Below are positions 34,372 through 45,157 of a stretch of DNA of 64,000 bases, piece after piece; the first letter of the stretch is position 1, and every line of letters starts with the position of its first letter. A program made the position numbers and the translations under genes. Source of the stretch: Candidatus Limnocylindrus sp. GTDB taxonomy: Bacteria; Chloroflexota; Limnocylindria; Limnocylindrales; Limnocylindraceae. The stretch lies in the NCBI GenBank assembly GCA_046081085.1, contig JBJTVF010000014.1, forward strand, positions 14,207 to 78,206, read 5' to 3'. The notes under the pieces were generated by a model. It was not told the DNA's origin and made no database searches. It was given only the letters and a program-made list of their open reading frames with translations.

Positions 34372-35610
34372 TCAGCCGCGGAGGCGTGAGAGGAGGCTCT
34401 TGAGGCCGCTTGTGATCCGACCACCGATGCCGGCCTGAGGCTCCTCGGTGATTCCGATCTCTCCCATGCTTCTGGCAACCCACGAGAAGAGTCCGAGGGT
34501 CGCGGCACTTGACGGGCCCTGGAAGTCATCAAGGATGCCGAGAAGCGGCCCATCCGGAGCGGCAACACGGACTGGGGCCTTCAGGATGTCCCGTGCGAGC
34601 GTCGTGATCCCGTCGAGCTGAGAACCACCACCCGTCAACACGACTCCAGCGCTGGTCGCCTCAGGTCCTGCAACGGCAATCACTCCAGCGATGAGTTCAA
34701 ACATCTCACTCATACGAGACTCGATGATGCGCGCGAGTTCAATGCGCTCAATTCGACGTCCACCCGGTTCGTTTGGCACCGTGTATTGCTCGCTCACGCT
34801 CACGGTCCGAAGGTCGCATGTTCCATAATTGATCTTCAGTTCTTCAGCAGCGGCGATGCTCGTCTTGAGGCCAATCGCGACGTCGCGAGTCACAAAGGCG
34901 GCACCAATCGGCAGGACGGCGCTGTGAACTACCGCATTGTTGTGGAAGATCGCGATGTCACACGTCTCTGCGCCGATATCAACCAGCACCGTTCCCAATT
35001 CGCGTTCAGTGTCGGTGAGCGTCAACTCAGACGCAGCGAGGGATGACGGCACATAATCATCCACGGCGATGCCAGCCGCCTGCACGCACTTCTCAAGGTT
35101 TTGGATTGCGGTTGCGCCAGCGGTGATCAGGTGGGCACGTGCTTCAAGACGGAAGGCGACCATGCCGCGTGGCTGCTGAATCCCCTCTTGACCATCGACA
35201 ATGTACGAGGAGGGAAGCACATGCAGCAGCATGCGTGATCCTGGAACCTGGACGGCGCGACAAACTTCAAGGACGCGATCAACGTCGTCATCACGGATCT
35301 CTCGATCTGGATTTGAAACGGCAACCTGCCCACTGGAGTTCTGTCCTTCCACATGGCTGCCCGATACCGAGATGGTCGCGTGCTCAATGTGGTAACCAGA
35401 GAGTCGCTCCGCTGCATCAACCGCCGCCTTGATCGCGGCGCCAGTCTTCTCAATGTCAGTGACGACGCCCTTACGCATGCCAGTGTTCACCGCGGTCCCC
35501 TTGCCAACGACGGTGATTGAGCCACCATCCCCACCAATGTGGGAAATGCCGCAGCTCACCTTAGAGGTGCCGATGTCAATGACGGCAATCGTCGCGTAGC
35601 GCTCATCCAT
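34372..35610 (-). CDS. ftsA: Cell division protein FtsA (actin-like ATPase). The start is chosen at the second Met (MDERY), which follows a GGGGGTGGA RBS.
   Basis: IAVIDIGTSKV...; SHSP70/actin fold motifs. Confidence 0.9.
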   Translation of the reverse strand: MDERYATIAVIDIGTSKVSCGISHIGGDGGSITVVGKGTAVNTGMRKGVVTDIEKTGAAIKAAVDAAERLSGYHIEHATISVSGSHVEGQNSSGQVAVSNPDREIRDDDVDRVLEVCRAVQVPGSRMLLHVLPSSYIVDGQEGIQQPRGMVAFRLEARAHLITAGATAIQNLEKCVQAAGIAVDDYVPSSLAASELTLTDTERELGTVLVDIGAETCDIAIFHNNAVVHSAVLPIGAAFVTRDVAIGLKTSIAAAEELKINYGTCDLRTVSVSEQYTVPNEPGGRRIERIELARIIESRMSEMFELIAGVIAVAGPEATSAGVVLTGGGSQLDGITTLARDILKAPVRVAAPDGPLLGILDDFQGPSSAATLGLFSWVARSMGEIGITEEPQAGIGGRITSGLKSLLSRLRG

Positions 35611-35688
35611 GCGTCCACCCCCCATACGCTTCGGTCGACCTCGTTGCGCTGATCATAGCGGGGCGATGGAGGAGGCGGAGTTGTGTCG

Positions 35689-36723
35689 TCATGGGAGGAG
35701 CGAGCTCGGCGACGCGGGCGGGATCGGCGGCGGAGGTGGTCGCACCCCAGGATCCGTAAAGGTCCCAGCCTGACCATCGGCAAGAATCACCCATCCCACG
35801 CTCCGTTCCCGCTCCGCGAGAAGGCTACGGAGGAGACGCACCTGGCCGGGAAGCATGGCAACGGGCCGGATGGTTGCCGAATAGATGCCAAAGACAGCGT
35901 TCCAGGTGAAGCCTTCACCAGTTCCTTGGAGCAGGTAGCCGTATTGCGGATCGCGCTGAATCGTAAGCTTCTGCGCGCTGCTGCCAAGATCGGCTGGGGT
36001 GAGCGACGCCAGCCGAGTCACGACATCTAGGTCAACAGGGCTGATCTCTTCGCCGACGCCGACAAATGGAACGGTCGACGCATCCATGACAATCGGGAGG
36101 GAGGCCGCCGCTTCCGCGCCGCGCGCGGAGAGAAGTGGCGAATCGATCCCTCCAACGACTCGACCAGAGCCGCTCACCAGAAGTGTCTCGTTCCCCCGCT
36201 GCCACCGCAGAAGGAGTGGAGTCTCACGTATTTCAATGTGGAGGACACCAGGAATGCCAATGCGGGCCCGAGCACGGGCGACAAACGGAGCGGCCTCGAT
36301 GGCGCGCTCAGTCGCCAGAAGATCAATTCCAAGGAGGCTCTCCCCGAGGCGGATGTCAGCAAGATCGGAGATCGCCTCTTCGTTTAGCCATGAAAGGCCA
36401 TCGATCCTCACCTCGTCAACTACGAGTCGACCGCTGGTTGCGAGTGCGGGTGGAGCCATGAATGCAGCAATCAAGAGCAGCACCAGCCCAAATCGCCGCA
36501 GCAGAACCATGGACTCTGGTCGAAACCGGCGGCGTCGGTCGGAGCGCTGCTTCTGCGGACTGGAGAACTTTTCGCGCCGCTCCAACAGCCGCACACCAGC
36601 ATCCGCCCCCGCCCTCCGGCGCTGTCCACTGAGCCCTGGACGAACGCCGAGAGGCGCTTCGCCGGGAGCAAACGGACGAGCGCCACTTGATGGTCGGAGC
36701 TGCTGCTTGCTGCGTTCGCTCAT
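35689..36723 (-). CDS. ftsQ: Cell division protein FtsQ/DivIB, with a long Arg/Pro-rich cytoplasmic N-terminus.
   Basis: Single TM (LRRFGLVLLLIAAFMAPPALA) followed by a POTRA domain (VDEVRIDGLSWLNEEAI...). Confidence 0.8.
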   Translation of the reverse strand: MSERSKQQLRPSSGARPFAPGEAPLGVRPGLSGQRRRAGADAGVRLLERREKFSSPQKQRSDRRRRFRPESMVLLRRFGLVLLLIAAFMAPPALATSGRLVVDEVRIDGLSWLNEEAISDLADIRLGESLLGIDLLATERAIEAAPFVARARARIGIPGVLHIEIRETPLLLRWQRGNETLLVSGSGRVVGGIDSPLLSARGAEAAASLPIVMDASTVPFVGVGEEISPVDLDVVTRLASLTPADLGSSAQKLTIQRDPQYGYLLQGTGEGFTWNAVFGIYSATIRPVAMLPGQVRLLRSLLAERERSVGWVILADGQAGTFTDPGVRPPPPPIPPASPSSLLP

Positions 36724-37841
36724 CGCCCCGCCTGCCTCTGCACGAGTGCAGTCCGCACAAGATGGAGAGAGAGATCAGCAAAGCTCATCCCCGACGCCGC
36801 AATCAGTGCAGGGAAGAGCGAGATTGGTGTGAAGCCTGGGAAGGTATTCACCTCTGAGATGTACCACTCCCCACGCTTCGAACCCGACGCACGCATCAGG
36901 AAATCCATCCGCGCGAGGCCTCGACCGCCAAATCCGTGGAAGAGGCTGATCGCCGATCTGTGCAACTCATCTCGAAGCGCGTCGCTGATCTCTGGGCTGA
37001 CAGTCGTCCGTGAGACGCCGCTCGCATACTTCGCGTCATAGTCGTAAAACTCACGACCAGGGAACACTTCACCAGGACCAAACGCGCGAACGGAACCGTC
37101 GGGAAACTCAAGGAGCGCAACCTCAAGCTCTCTCGGACGGTCGAGGTACGGTTCAAGGAGGGCTCGCGCTCCATACTGCAGAGCGAGGTCAACCGCCGCC
37201 GCCCACTCTTCGCGGCCGCGCGCGATGCGCATGCCAATGGACGAGCCGTGAGCCGCCGGTTTCCCGATGAGCGCACCCCCCTCACTTTCACGAGCGGCAA
37301 AAACTGCGATTCGTGAGAGCGCCGCCTCTCGGTTACTCGTCCACTCTTCGACTGTGACGATGGCATGCGGAAGTGTGGGCACGTTGAGTGTGCTCGCGAG
37401 ACGCTTGAACGCATCCTTCTCCATCCCAAGGCGAGCGGCGGCAGGTGCGGCACCAACGAATGCGACGCCAGCAGCAGAGAGCGCCTCCTGAACGACTCCC
37501 GACTCGTCACCAGGACCGTGCAGTGCAGGAATGTATACCGCGTCTGGCTGCTCACGCAGCACCTCACTCAGTAGTGCGCCCAGCGGGCGAAGCGGTGCAT
37601 CCGTGAGCGTCGCTGCGCGGCGCTCGGTCGTGTACTCGCTTGGGAGGCGCTCGCCCCGAAGGTGGCCCTCTGGCAAGAGCGCGGCGAGACCTTCGCGCGT
37701 GATCAGTAGCTGGTCAACCGAGAGTCCCTCTTCAATGAGGGCTGCCGCGATGGCGCTTCCAGAGACGACCGAGATCTCCGCTTCGGCACTCAGTCCTCCG
37801 TAGAGGATCACCACGCGCGGGTACGTTTCGCGCGGGCTCAC
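36720..37841 (-). CDS. ddl: D-alanine--D-alanine ligase.
   Basis: VVILYGGLSAEAEISVVSG... N-terminus and the ATP-grasp body; 373 aa. Confidence 0.9.
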   Translation of the reverse strand: MSPRETYPRVVILYGGLSAEAEISVVSGSAIAAALIEEGLSVDQLLITREGLAALLPEGHLRGERLPSEYTTERRAATLTDAPLRPLGALLSEVLREQPDAVYIPALHGPGDESGVVQEALSAAGVAFVGAAPAAARLGMEKDAFKRLASTLNVPTLPHAIVTVEEWTSNREAALSRIAVFAARESEGGALIGKPAAHGSSIGMRIARGREEWAAAVDLALQYGARALLEPYLDRPRELEVALLEFPDGSVRAFGPGEVFPGREFYDYDAKYASGVSRTTVSPEISDALRDELHRSAISLFHGFGGRGLARMDFLMRASGSKRGEWYISEVNTFPGFTPISLFPALIAASGMSFADLSLHLVRTALVQRQAGR

Positions 37842-38785
37842 GCAGGCTCCTCACCAATGAACTGAATCTCCGACTCTAGGGTGAGCCCAGCGTGCCGCTG
37901 GACCTCGTGAATGCATAGGTCGTGCAGCTCACGAATCGCCGCAGCCGTAGCGCCACCGCGATTCAGGATCCAGTTGGCATGCATCGTCGAAACCTCGGCC
38001 CCACCAATCGCGCGGCCCTTGAGGCCGGCCGCCTCAATCAACGCACCCGCGCTCGGCCCTGCGGGCGGATTCCGGAAGACACTCCCCGCACTTGGGATGC
38101 CGAGCGGTTGATGCTCGCGTCGCCAGCGTCGGATCTCTTCGAGCCGTGCCTTGATCTCTGTCGGTTCGCCAGCCCGCAGCAGCATGGTCGCTCCGAGAAT
38201 CACCTCGCCGCGACCAACCTCCTCTTTGAATCGTGAGTGCCGATATGAAAGGTTTAGGGCATCAAAGGTGATCTCCTCTTCGCGCCCATCAGGCCGCATG
38301 ATCACGACCCGCTGGAGGATCTGTGACATCTCGCCACCGTGCGCACCCGCGTTGGCCCAGATTGCACCGCCGAGATTTCCTGGGATCGCCAGAGTAAACT
38401 CGGCACCGGTAAGGCCGGCGTCAGCGGCGACGGTTGCAAGCTTCGCCATGGCGAGTCCGGAGTCAGCGCTGATCGTTCGAGCCTCTGCATCAATCGTCAC
38501 ATCGGCACTCCGGTTGAGCAGGACAATTCCTCGTACGCCCACGTCACTGATCACGACGTTGCTCCCGCGTCCGAGAATCCTGAGTGGCCACCCCTTGCTT
38601 TGCGCAAGGCGAACTACTCCACGAAGTGTGAATCGGTCGCGCACGGTGATGAGCAGATCTGCTGGCCCGCCAACGCGCATCGTCGTGTGTTCAGCGAGTC
38701 TCGCGTCGCGCTCCGCGCGTAACCCAACTCTTCGCTCAAGCTCCCGTGCAGCCTCGTCTTTGGCCCCCCAGGTTCTCTCGCTCAT
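37838..38785 (-). CDS. murB: UDP-N-acetylenolpyruvoylglucosamine reductase.
   Basis: FAD-binding ...GGPADLL...LGRGSNVV... and the C-terminal MurB domain; 315 aa. Confidence 0.9.
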   Translation of the reverse strand: MSERTWGAKDEAARELERRVGLRAERDARLAEHTTMRVGGPADLLITVRDRFTLRGVVRLAQSKGWPLRILGRGSNVVISDVGVRGIVLLNRSADVTIDAEARTISADSGLAMAKLATVAADAGLTGAEFTLAIPGNLGGAIWANAGAHGGEMSQILQRVVIMRPDGREEEITFDALNLSYRHSRFKEEVGRGEVILGATMLLRAGEPTEIKARLEEIRRWRREHQPLGIPSAGSVFRNPPAGPSAGALIEAAGLKGRAIGGAEVSTMHANWILNRGGATAAAIRELHDLCIHEVQRHAGLTLESEIQFIGEEPA

Positions 38786-39888
38786 CCATGCCTCCCGAGG
38801 CGCAACAGGATCTCCACGATCTCCTCAGCGGCACCTGGCCGCGCAAGAGAGGCCGCAGCCGCCCCGACTTGTTGCCGAACGGAAGACTCAGACAGTTTTG
38901 CCACCTCTCGTTGAAGGACTTCAGACGTGAGCGCTGCATCGTCAATCACGATCGCTCCACCCACTGCCGCTAGTTCTTTCGCATTCGCACGCTGATGGCC
39001 GCCCGCATACGGATACGGCACGATAATGGATGCCAACCCGAGCGACGCAGCCTCCGCAAGCGTTGACGCACCAGCGCGTCCGAGGAGAAGATCTGCCGAA
39101 AATAGGGCATCCTCCATTGCGCCACCCTGGAGAAAACGTACAGGCATATAGCGCGACTGCAACTCATCAGGGAGTGCCGCGCGAATCGCTTCGGCACGAT
39201 CGAGCCCGTCCGCCGCAACATGCATCACCTGCCACTGACGGAGCAGTTCAGCGAGGGAGCCCGCGAGTGCGCCTTCAAACCGCAACACACGCTGTGAGCC
39301 CCCGAAGACGAGGAGGAGCGGTGTATCTGGAGCTATGCCGAGCCGGTTGCGCGCGGCGCTGCGATCACGATCTCCAAAGCCTCGCACGGGTGTACCGGTC
39401 ACGTAGGTGTTGGGGCGGTTCCATGGGGCATGCTCAGCAGTGGAGGGCCACGCGAGGGCGCGCGCAGAGGCGAGTGGCGCAACGAGGCGATTGCTCCGCC
39501 CCGCCAGTACATTCCCCTCCCAGATCAGGCTCGGCGTCCGTGTCACCAACGCAGCGAGCAGCGCAGGGATCGCAATGTAGCCACCAGTAGAGAAGAGGAC
39601 ATCCGGTCGAACGCGGCGCAGGTAGCGGATCGCTTGCGGAATAGAGCGCGCGAGGGCCACAGCATCACGAAGATTCACCAGGGGACCAGCCGCGCTCTCG
39701 CGCAGGCTTGGGGCACTGAGCAGTGTCAGCGGGTATCCCTCATTCGGGATGACTTCGCGTTCAATGCCGCGCTGGCCGCCGAGCCAGTGAATCTCAGTGT
39801 CTGGTCGTTGACGTTGGAGCGTACGAGCTACGGCGAGGCCCGGAAAGAGGTGTCCCCCCGTACCGCCGCCCGCGATCACCACGCGCAT
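38782..39888 (-). CDS. murG: UDP-GlcNAc:undecaprenyl-PP-MurNAc-pentapeptide GlcNAc transferase. The start is at the internal Met (MRVVIAGGGTGGH).
   Basis: GGGTGGHLFPGLAVA is the MurG G-loop. Confidence 0.9.
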   Translation of the reverse strand: MRVVIAGGGTGGHLFPGLAVARTLQRQRPDTEIHWLGGQRGIEREVIPNEGYPLTLLSAPSLRESAAGPLVNLRDAVALARSIPQAIRYLRRVRPDVLFSTGGYIAIPALLAALVTRTPSLIWEGNVLAGRSNRLVAPLASARALAWPSTAEHAPWNRPNTYVTGTPVRGFGDRDRSAARNRLGIAPDTPLLLVFGGSQRVLRFEGALAGSLAELLRQWQVMHVAADGLDRAEAIRAALPDELQSRYMPVRFLQGGAMEDALFSADLLLGRAGASTLAEAASLGLASIIVPYPYAGGHQRANAKELAAVGGAIVIDDAALTSEVLQREVAKLSESSVRQQVGAAAASLARPGAAEEIVEILLRLGRHG

Positions 39889-41110
39889 TGAGCCCTCCGT
39901 TCTCTTGAGCCCCCATCGTCTCACGCGAGACTGAGAGGAGCAGTCCAATGGCACACATCAAGACAAATAGTGACGACCCACCCTGTGACAGGAGCGGGAG
40001 CGGGATGCCAGTGACGGGAAGAATTGCGAGCACCACGCCTATGTTCAGGAACGCCTGCCCGCAGATCCAGACGACGATCCCGGTTGCGAGAAGTGCTCCA
40101 AACGTGTCCGGCGCACGTCTGGCAACCCGTAGGCCTCGAATGGCAATCACAATGAATGCACCGATCACCACAATTGCTCCCAAGAAGCCAAGCTCCTCAC
40201 CCACCACCGCAAAGATGTAGTCATTCCACGCGTACGGAATGATCACTCCACCCGGCTGCTGCGACGTCCCAATACCCGTGCCGAAGATTCCACCAGTCGC
40301 GATCGCGATGAGACCTTGAAGTGTCTGATAGGAGCCACCTGTTGGGTCACTGAATGGGTCCAACCAATTGTTCAGCCGCGCCGCCTGATAACCGCGGTTC
40401 GCGATTCCGATCACACTGACCGCCACCGCCATCAACGCTGTGCCGAAGACCCAGCGGAGCGGTGCTCCTGCGGTGAAGAAGAGCGCAAAGCCGATCCCGG
40501 CGACCACGGTTGCCGTACCAAGGTCAGGTGCGATCAGCACGAGGAAGAAGGTGCCTGCGATCGCGACCAGCGCTGGATAGAGGGTGCTCTCGTGCGCCAT
40601 CAGGTGTCCACGATTTGCAAAGAAATTGGCGAGGAAGAGCGTCAGTGCAAGTTTTGCAACTTCCGCCGCGTGAACGCTGATCGGACCGACGGAGAGCGAT
40701 CTCCTAAGTCCTTGCTCCGTTGGAACGCCAGGGATGAGTACGAGAATGAGTAGGGCGATTGAGCCAAGGAGTGCGGGGGTGGCAAACGTGCGCCAACGGC
40801 GGTAGTCAGTGCTCGAGAGGATTGCGAGTGCCCCTACACCCATGGCGGCGAAGAGCAGCTGTCGCATCCCCATGCCGTATGCATCATCGGTGCTGATCAG
40901 GGCGTTCAGCGCAGATGAGGAGAAGACCATCAAGACGCCGAGCCCCACGAGGAGAAGTGCGGGGAGGAGAATCCACTGATCTTCTGGCGGACGCTTCACT
41001 TGCAGAATGGACGCGACGGCCCGGCGTGGCGAGAACGTGGAGCGGTGCACAGGCGCGCGCCGCGCACCGTCAAAGGGCGTCGCTGCAGCTCGCCGTACGA
41101 TGCGACTCAT
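39794..41110 (-). CDS. ftsW: Peptidoglycan glycosyltransferase FtsW (SEDS family).
   Basis: A polytopic SEDS membrane protein located between murD and murG. Confidence 0.88.
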   Translation of the reverse strand: MSRIVRRAAATPFDGARRAPVHRSTFSPRRAVASILQVKRPPEDQWILLPALLLVGLGVLMVFSSSALNALISTDDAYGMGMRQLLFAAMGVGALAILSSTDYRRWRTFATPALLGSIALLILVLIPGVPTEQGLRRSLSVGPISVHAAEVAKLALTLFLANFFANRGHLMAHESTLYPALVAIAGTFFLVLIAPDLGTATVVAGIGFALFFTAGAPLRWVFGTALMAVAVSVIGIANRGYQAARLNNWLDPFSDPTGGSYQTLQGLIAIATGGIFGTGIGTSQQPGGVIIPYAWNDYIFAVVGEELGFLGAIVVIGAFIVIAIRGLRVARRAPDTFGALLATGIVVWICGQAFLNIGVVLAILPVTGIPLPLLSQGGSSLFVLMCAIGLLLSVSRETMGAQENGGLNARGDRGRRYGGTPLSGPRRSSYAPTSTTRH

Positions 41111-42690
41111 CGGCGCTCCACAGCGGGGAGGGCGTGAACTGCCTCACGGAACGCTTCCCCGCGTGCGCCGAATGGATTGTTGAACATGTCGAATGATGAT
41201 CCGATCGGACTCAGGAGGACGGTTGCGCGCACCTCGCTCTCATGAGGTGTTGTGCTGGGACTCACCTCGGTTGCGGATAGAAGCTTTCGGGCGAGCGCCC
41301 CTCCTCGCGCGACCGCATCAGGAATGCTCGATGCCCTGTCAATCTCGGTCAAGCCTGCCGCTCGAAAGAGGCGCTCCAGCTCTTCTGCAAGTTCACCGAA
41401 CAGCACTGCCCCACTGCATTGGCGCGCGACGATTGGCGCGAGCTCTTGGAGGTCCAAGCCCTTACTCCGACCTCCTGCGAGGAGGATCAGCGGCTTCTGG
41501 AAGCTTGAGACGGCAGCGGCGACCGCGTCTGGTTGCGTCGCCTGCGCATCATTCACATAGCGGATGCCGTCAAGGACCGCGATCGTTTCAAGTCGGTGCG
41601 GTACACCACGAAAGGTGGCGACCGCGGCACGAATGGCGTCGGGTGCAATCCCTGCAACCAATCCCACACTCACGGCAGCAAGAACATTGCTGATGCTGTG
41701 CTCACCGAGGAGTGCAATCTCGTCCACCGGAAGGATTCGTCCGCCCGGTCCAGTTGCGGCAATCCCGCCTCCGCAACGTGCGGAGCGCGGCACTCCCGCT
41801 GCAACGATCCACCCATCAACAATGCCGACTCCCCCCGGGACGGGCCGCTCTCTGCGATACCCGATGGTGGTCACACGGCCGATCCCAGCGAGCGACGCGG
41901 TGACGGGGTCGTCAAGGTTCACGATCAGCAGGCCACCTTCTACGACACGGTCGGCGAGGAGCCGCTTCACCTTGCGGTAGCCGTCTACGGTGCCGTGCCG
42001 ATCGAGGTGATCCACGGTGATGTTGGTATAGACAGCAACGTCAATGCTGCTGTGAAGCGATGGGAGCTGCAGCTCTGAGAGCTCGAGGACGACGCGCGCG
42101 TCATGCGAAAGTTCCATCGCCTTGCCAATCAGAGGCACCCCGTTGTTCCCGCCGAGCTCTGCAGGGTGAACGGTGTCCGCCGCAAGGATCTGTGCGATCA
42201 GGTTGCTGGTCGTGGTCTTCCCCTTCGTCCCCGTGATGCCAACTCGCCACCGAGCGCCTAGGAGTCGAATGGTCCACTCGGGCTCGCTAATCAGGATCGG
42301 ACCTTTGAGTGCAGGATCTGCTGTCGGCCCAATCGCTCGTTCCGCGTACTCCGCAAGCGGTTGAGCGACCTGCGGCTTGACGGTCGGAAAGCCAAGCGTC
42401 ACGGCAGGACTGTGCACCACAAGATCTGCGATCGCTAGCAGTGGAACAAGGTCCGCGGTCGCTCCGAAGGCCAGTGCCACGCTTCCACCAGAGAACTGAT
42501 CGGCTGCAGCGGCAAGTGTGTTCGGCTCGGCACTGTCGTGAAGGGTTACGCGCGCGCCATGCACAGCCGCAAAGGCGGCGACCGCCCGCCCCGTTCGTCC
42601 AGCGCCGAGTACAACCACGTTCGCATTGCGGAGGCTCCCCCCTGCAACGGCGCTGGGTTCAAGATCGGCAAGTGAGAGTGCGGCGGGCAC
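41107..42690 (-). CDS. murD: UDP-N-acetylmuramoylalanine--D-glutamate ligase. Likely GTG start near 42690; the ORF-track N-terminal extension overlaps mraY.
   Basis: N-terminal Rossmann VVVLGAGRTGRAVAAF, P-loop GITGTKGKTTT, and its position between mraY and ftsW. Confidence 0.8.
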   Translation of the reverse strand: MPAALSLADLEPSAVAGGSLRNANVVVLGAGRTGRAVAAFAAVHGARVTLHDSAEPNTLAAAADQFSGGSVALAFGATADLVPLLAIADLVVHSPAVTLGFPTVKPQVAQPLAEYAERAIGPTADPALKGPILISEPEWTIRLLGARWRVGITGTKGKTTTSNLIAQILAADTVHPAELGGNNGVPLIGKAMELSHDARVVLELSELQLPSLHSSIDVAVYTNITVDHLDRHGTVDGYRKVKRLLADRVVEGGLLIVNLDDPVTASLAGIGRVTTIGYRRERPVPGGVGIVDGWIVAAGVPRSARCGGGIAATGPGGRILPVDEIALLGEHSISNVLAAVSVGLVAGIAPDAIRAAVATFRGVPHRLETIAVLDGIRYVNDAQATQPDAVAAAVSSFQKPLILLAGGRSKGLDLQELAPIVARQCSGAVLFGELAEELERLFRAAGLTEIDRASSIPDAVARGGALARKLLSATEVSPSTTPHESEVRATVLLSPIGSSFDMFNNPFGARGEAFREAVHALPAVERR

Positions 42691-42692
42691 CG

Positions 42693-43667
42693 CTAGATCC
42701 CCACGCCGCGCGTGGCGAGAAAGGTGACGATCCCAAGGATCCCACCGATCGCGCCGATCACCCAGAAGCGGAAGGTGATCTGCGTCTCCGCCCATCCGAG
42801 TCGCTCAAAGTGATGATGGATCGGGGTGAAGAGGAAGAGGCGACGACCAGTGAGCTTCATGCTCGCCACCTGCAAGATCACCGAACCCGTCTCAACGACG
42901 AAGATGATCCCGATGAGCGGGAGGAGGAGGATGTGTCCGGTGACAAGACCGGTCACCGCGAGCGCGGCTCCAAACCCCAGCGCGCCCGAATCTCCAATGA
43001 TCACACTGGCCGGATGGATGTTGAACCAGAGGAATCCGATCAGTGCGCCGGCAATCAGCGCACAGAGAATGGCGACATTCAGCTGGCCAGGCGCATTCAG
43101 GAGCGCGATCACCATGTAGCTGATCCACGCAAACACCATCGTGCCACCAGAGAGTCCATCGAGGCCGTCGGTCAGGTTCACGCCGTTACTCGTGGAGACG
43201 ATTGCAATGATTGCCACCGCGATCCAGATTGCAGGGGCGATCGGCACCTCGCCCACGAATGGGACGACGAGTGAGGCGAAGGCGAAGTGTTGCTGGATAT
43301 AGATCGCGGAGATCACCGAGACGCCGATCTGCCAGAGCAACTTCTGTCGAGCGGAGATCCCGATCCCGGTTCGTGCATTGAGCCAGTCATCAAACGCACC
43401 AACAAGTGAGACGCCAAGGAGCGCGAGGAGGATCGCGTAGGTAGAGGCATCAACGGCGTCCAGTAGGAGCGCGAGCCCGATCACGACGCCAACAAGGAGG
43501 AGCCCCCCCATCGTGGGAGTCCCCTCCTTCACGATGTGCCAGTCGGGTCCGAACTCGCGACGAACTCGCTTGCCGAAACCGCTGTGGCGGAGAAGGCGAA
43601 GATATGGCGGCATCAGAAGTGCCACACATGCGAACGCGAGGACGAGTGCCTGCACGATCGCGATCAT
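42693..43667 (-). CDS. mraY: Phospho-N-acetylmuramoyl-pentapeptide transferase.
   Basis: MraY/WecA family membrane protein; 324 aa. Confidence 0.92.
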   Translation of the reverse strand: MIAIVQALVLAFACVALLMPPYLRLLRHSGFGKRVRREFGPDWHIVKEGTPTMGGLLLVGVVIGLALLLDAVDASTYAILLALLGVSLVGAFDDWLNARTGIGISARQKLLWQIGVSVISAIYIQQHFAFASLVVPFVGEVPIAPAIWIAVAIIAIVSTSNGVNLTDGLDGLSGGTMVFAWISYMVIALLNAPGQLNVAILCALIAGALIGFLWFNIHPASVIIGDSGALGFGAALAVTGLVTGHILLLPLIGIIFVVETGSVILQVASMKLTGRRLFLFTPIHHHFERLGWAETQITFRFWVIGAIGGILGIVTFLATRGVGI

Positions 43668-45157
43668 GCGACACCACCATTCAGACGCTCTCGGAGTGCC
43701 GTAACCAGACGCTCAAGCGCCACTGAGCGTGACGCCTTGATCAAGACCGTGTCTCCTGTACGCGCGCGATCAGCGATGAGCCCAGCGCCCGCCGCGATCC
43801 CGCGCTCGTCAGCAGAGAGCCGAACGATCTGATCGACGGGCATGCCTGCACTCCGAGCGCCCTCTGCAATGCCGTCCGCCTCGGTGCCAAAGACCAGCAG
43901 AGCCGTCAAGCCGCTCTCGGCGGCGGCTCGGCCAATGGCAAGATGCGCCTCCGCCGAGTAGCTGCCCAGCTCACCCATTGCACCAAGCGCGGCGAATCGA
44001 GCACCACGCGCAGTTCCGAGGGTTGCGAGCGCCGCCGCCATGCTGGTCGGTGCAGCATTGTAGGAGTCGTCAATGATGCGCACCCCGCCAAGAGTTTGCA
44101 CCGCGGTGCGACCTCCAGGGAGTTCGAAGGCGGAGAGTCGCTGAGCCGCGAGGTGGAGATCGACGCCACAAACGTTCGCAACGCCGATGGCAAGCGCAGC
44201 GGCTCGGGCGAAGTGCGCGCCGAAGAGTGGGAGATCAACGGCAATCTGCTCGCCTGCGATCGAGAGCACCACCGCCGTGCGTGCGCTCGACTGGTCCAGT
44301 TCGGCGGAGAGGATCCTGATATCTGACCCCTCCGCGTTTCCAACGAGGATGACGTGCGCCGCCGTGCGCGCACGAAGTCGGAGGACGCGCGGATCATCAG
44401 CGGCGAGCAGCGCGAACCCGTCTGCTGGGAGCTCCTCCACAAGCTCCCCCTTTGCGGCCTCGATGGCATCAAGATCACCCGCCCGCTCCGCGTGCACAGC
44501 ATCGATGGCGGTGACAACCCCAATTCGCGGGCGTGCGAGCGTACAGAGCGACCGGATCTCTCCGCCCACGTACATTCCCATCTCTGCCACAAATCGCTCT
44601 GTTCCGTCTGGCATGTTCAGGAGGGCGAGTGGGAGGCCAATCTCATTGTTCGCATTCCCTGGCGTTGCGGCAACGTCTGCATCCGCGCCGCCGAGAGCCA
44701 CACGGATCGCCTCCTTCGTGGTGGTCTTCCCCACAGAGCCAGTGACGCCAGTCACCTCAATGTCAAAGCGAGCACGCCAGTGCGCCGCAAGTTGTGCGAG
44801 TGCGTGAGGCCCATTAGGAGTTTGCAGCACACTTACGCCACGCTCGCACGCGCGTTCCTGCGCGATCTGAATCTCATCACGCACCGACTCGCTCTCCGCA
44901 CCGCTCTGAATGATCAGCGCGTGAGCGCCGGCGTCCATCGCGGCGCTGAGATAGAGACGGCCGTCCGTTGCTGCTCCAGGGAGTGCGAGGAAGAGCGCGC
45001 CAGGATGTTCCGCGAGTCGCCGCGAGTCAACACGTGCACCGCGAACAGGGAGCGTGCCGTCAACCAATAGCTCAGCGCCCGTGATAGCGGCAAGCTCAGC
45101 CCCCGCGACTGCCAGGTGCCCTCCTACACGAGAAGGTCGGGCGGTGGCCACGCTCAT
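43664..45157 (-). CDS. murF: UDP-MurNAc-tripeptide--D-Ala-D-Ala ligase. The start is at the internal Met (MSVATARP), with an ATGA overlap onto the ftsI stop. The ORF-track N-terminal 95 aa are spurious.
   Basis: ARVDSRRL, GNANNEIGLPLALL, IIDDSYNAAP and LIKASRSVALE are MurF-specific motifs. Confidence 0.88.
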   Translation of the reverse strand: MSVATARPSRVGGHLAVAGAELAAITGAELLVDGTLPVRGARVDSRRLAEHPGALFLALPGAATDGRLYLSAAMDAGAHALIIQSGAESESVRDEIQIAQERACERGVSVLQTPNGPHALAQLAAHWRARFDIEVTGVTGSVGKTTTKEAIRVALGGADADVAATPGNANNEIGLPLALLNMPDGTERFVAEMGMYVGGEIRSLCTLARPRIGVVTAIDAVHAERAGDLDAIEAAKGELVEELPADGFALLAADDPRVLRLRARTAAHVILVGNAEGSDIRILSAELDQSSARTAVVLSIAGEQIAVDLPLFGAHFARAAALAIGVANVCGVDLHLAAQRLSAFELPGGRTAVQTLGGVRIIDDSYNAAPTSMAAALATLGTARGARFAALGAMGELGSYSAEAHLAIGRAAAESGLTALLVFGTEADGIAEGARSAGMPVDQIVRLSADERGIAAGAGLIADRARTGDTVLIKASRSVALERLVTALRERLNGGVA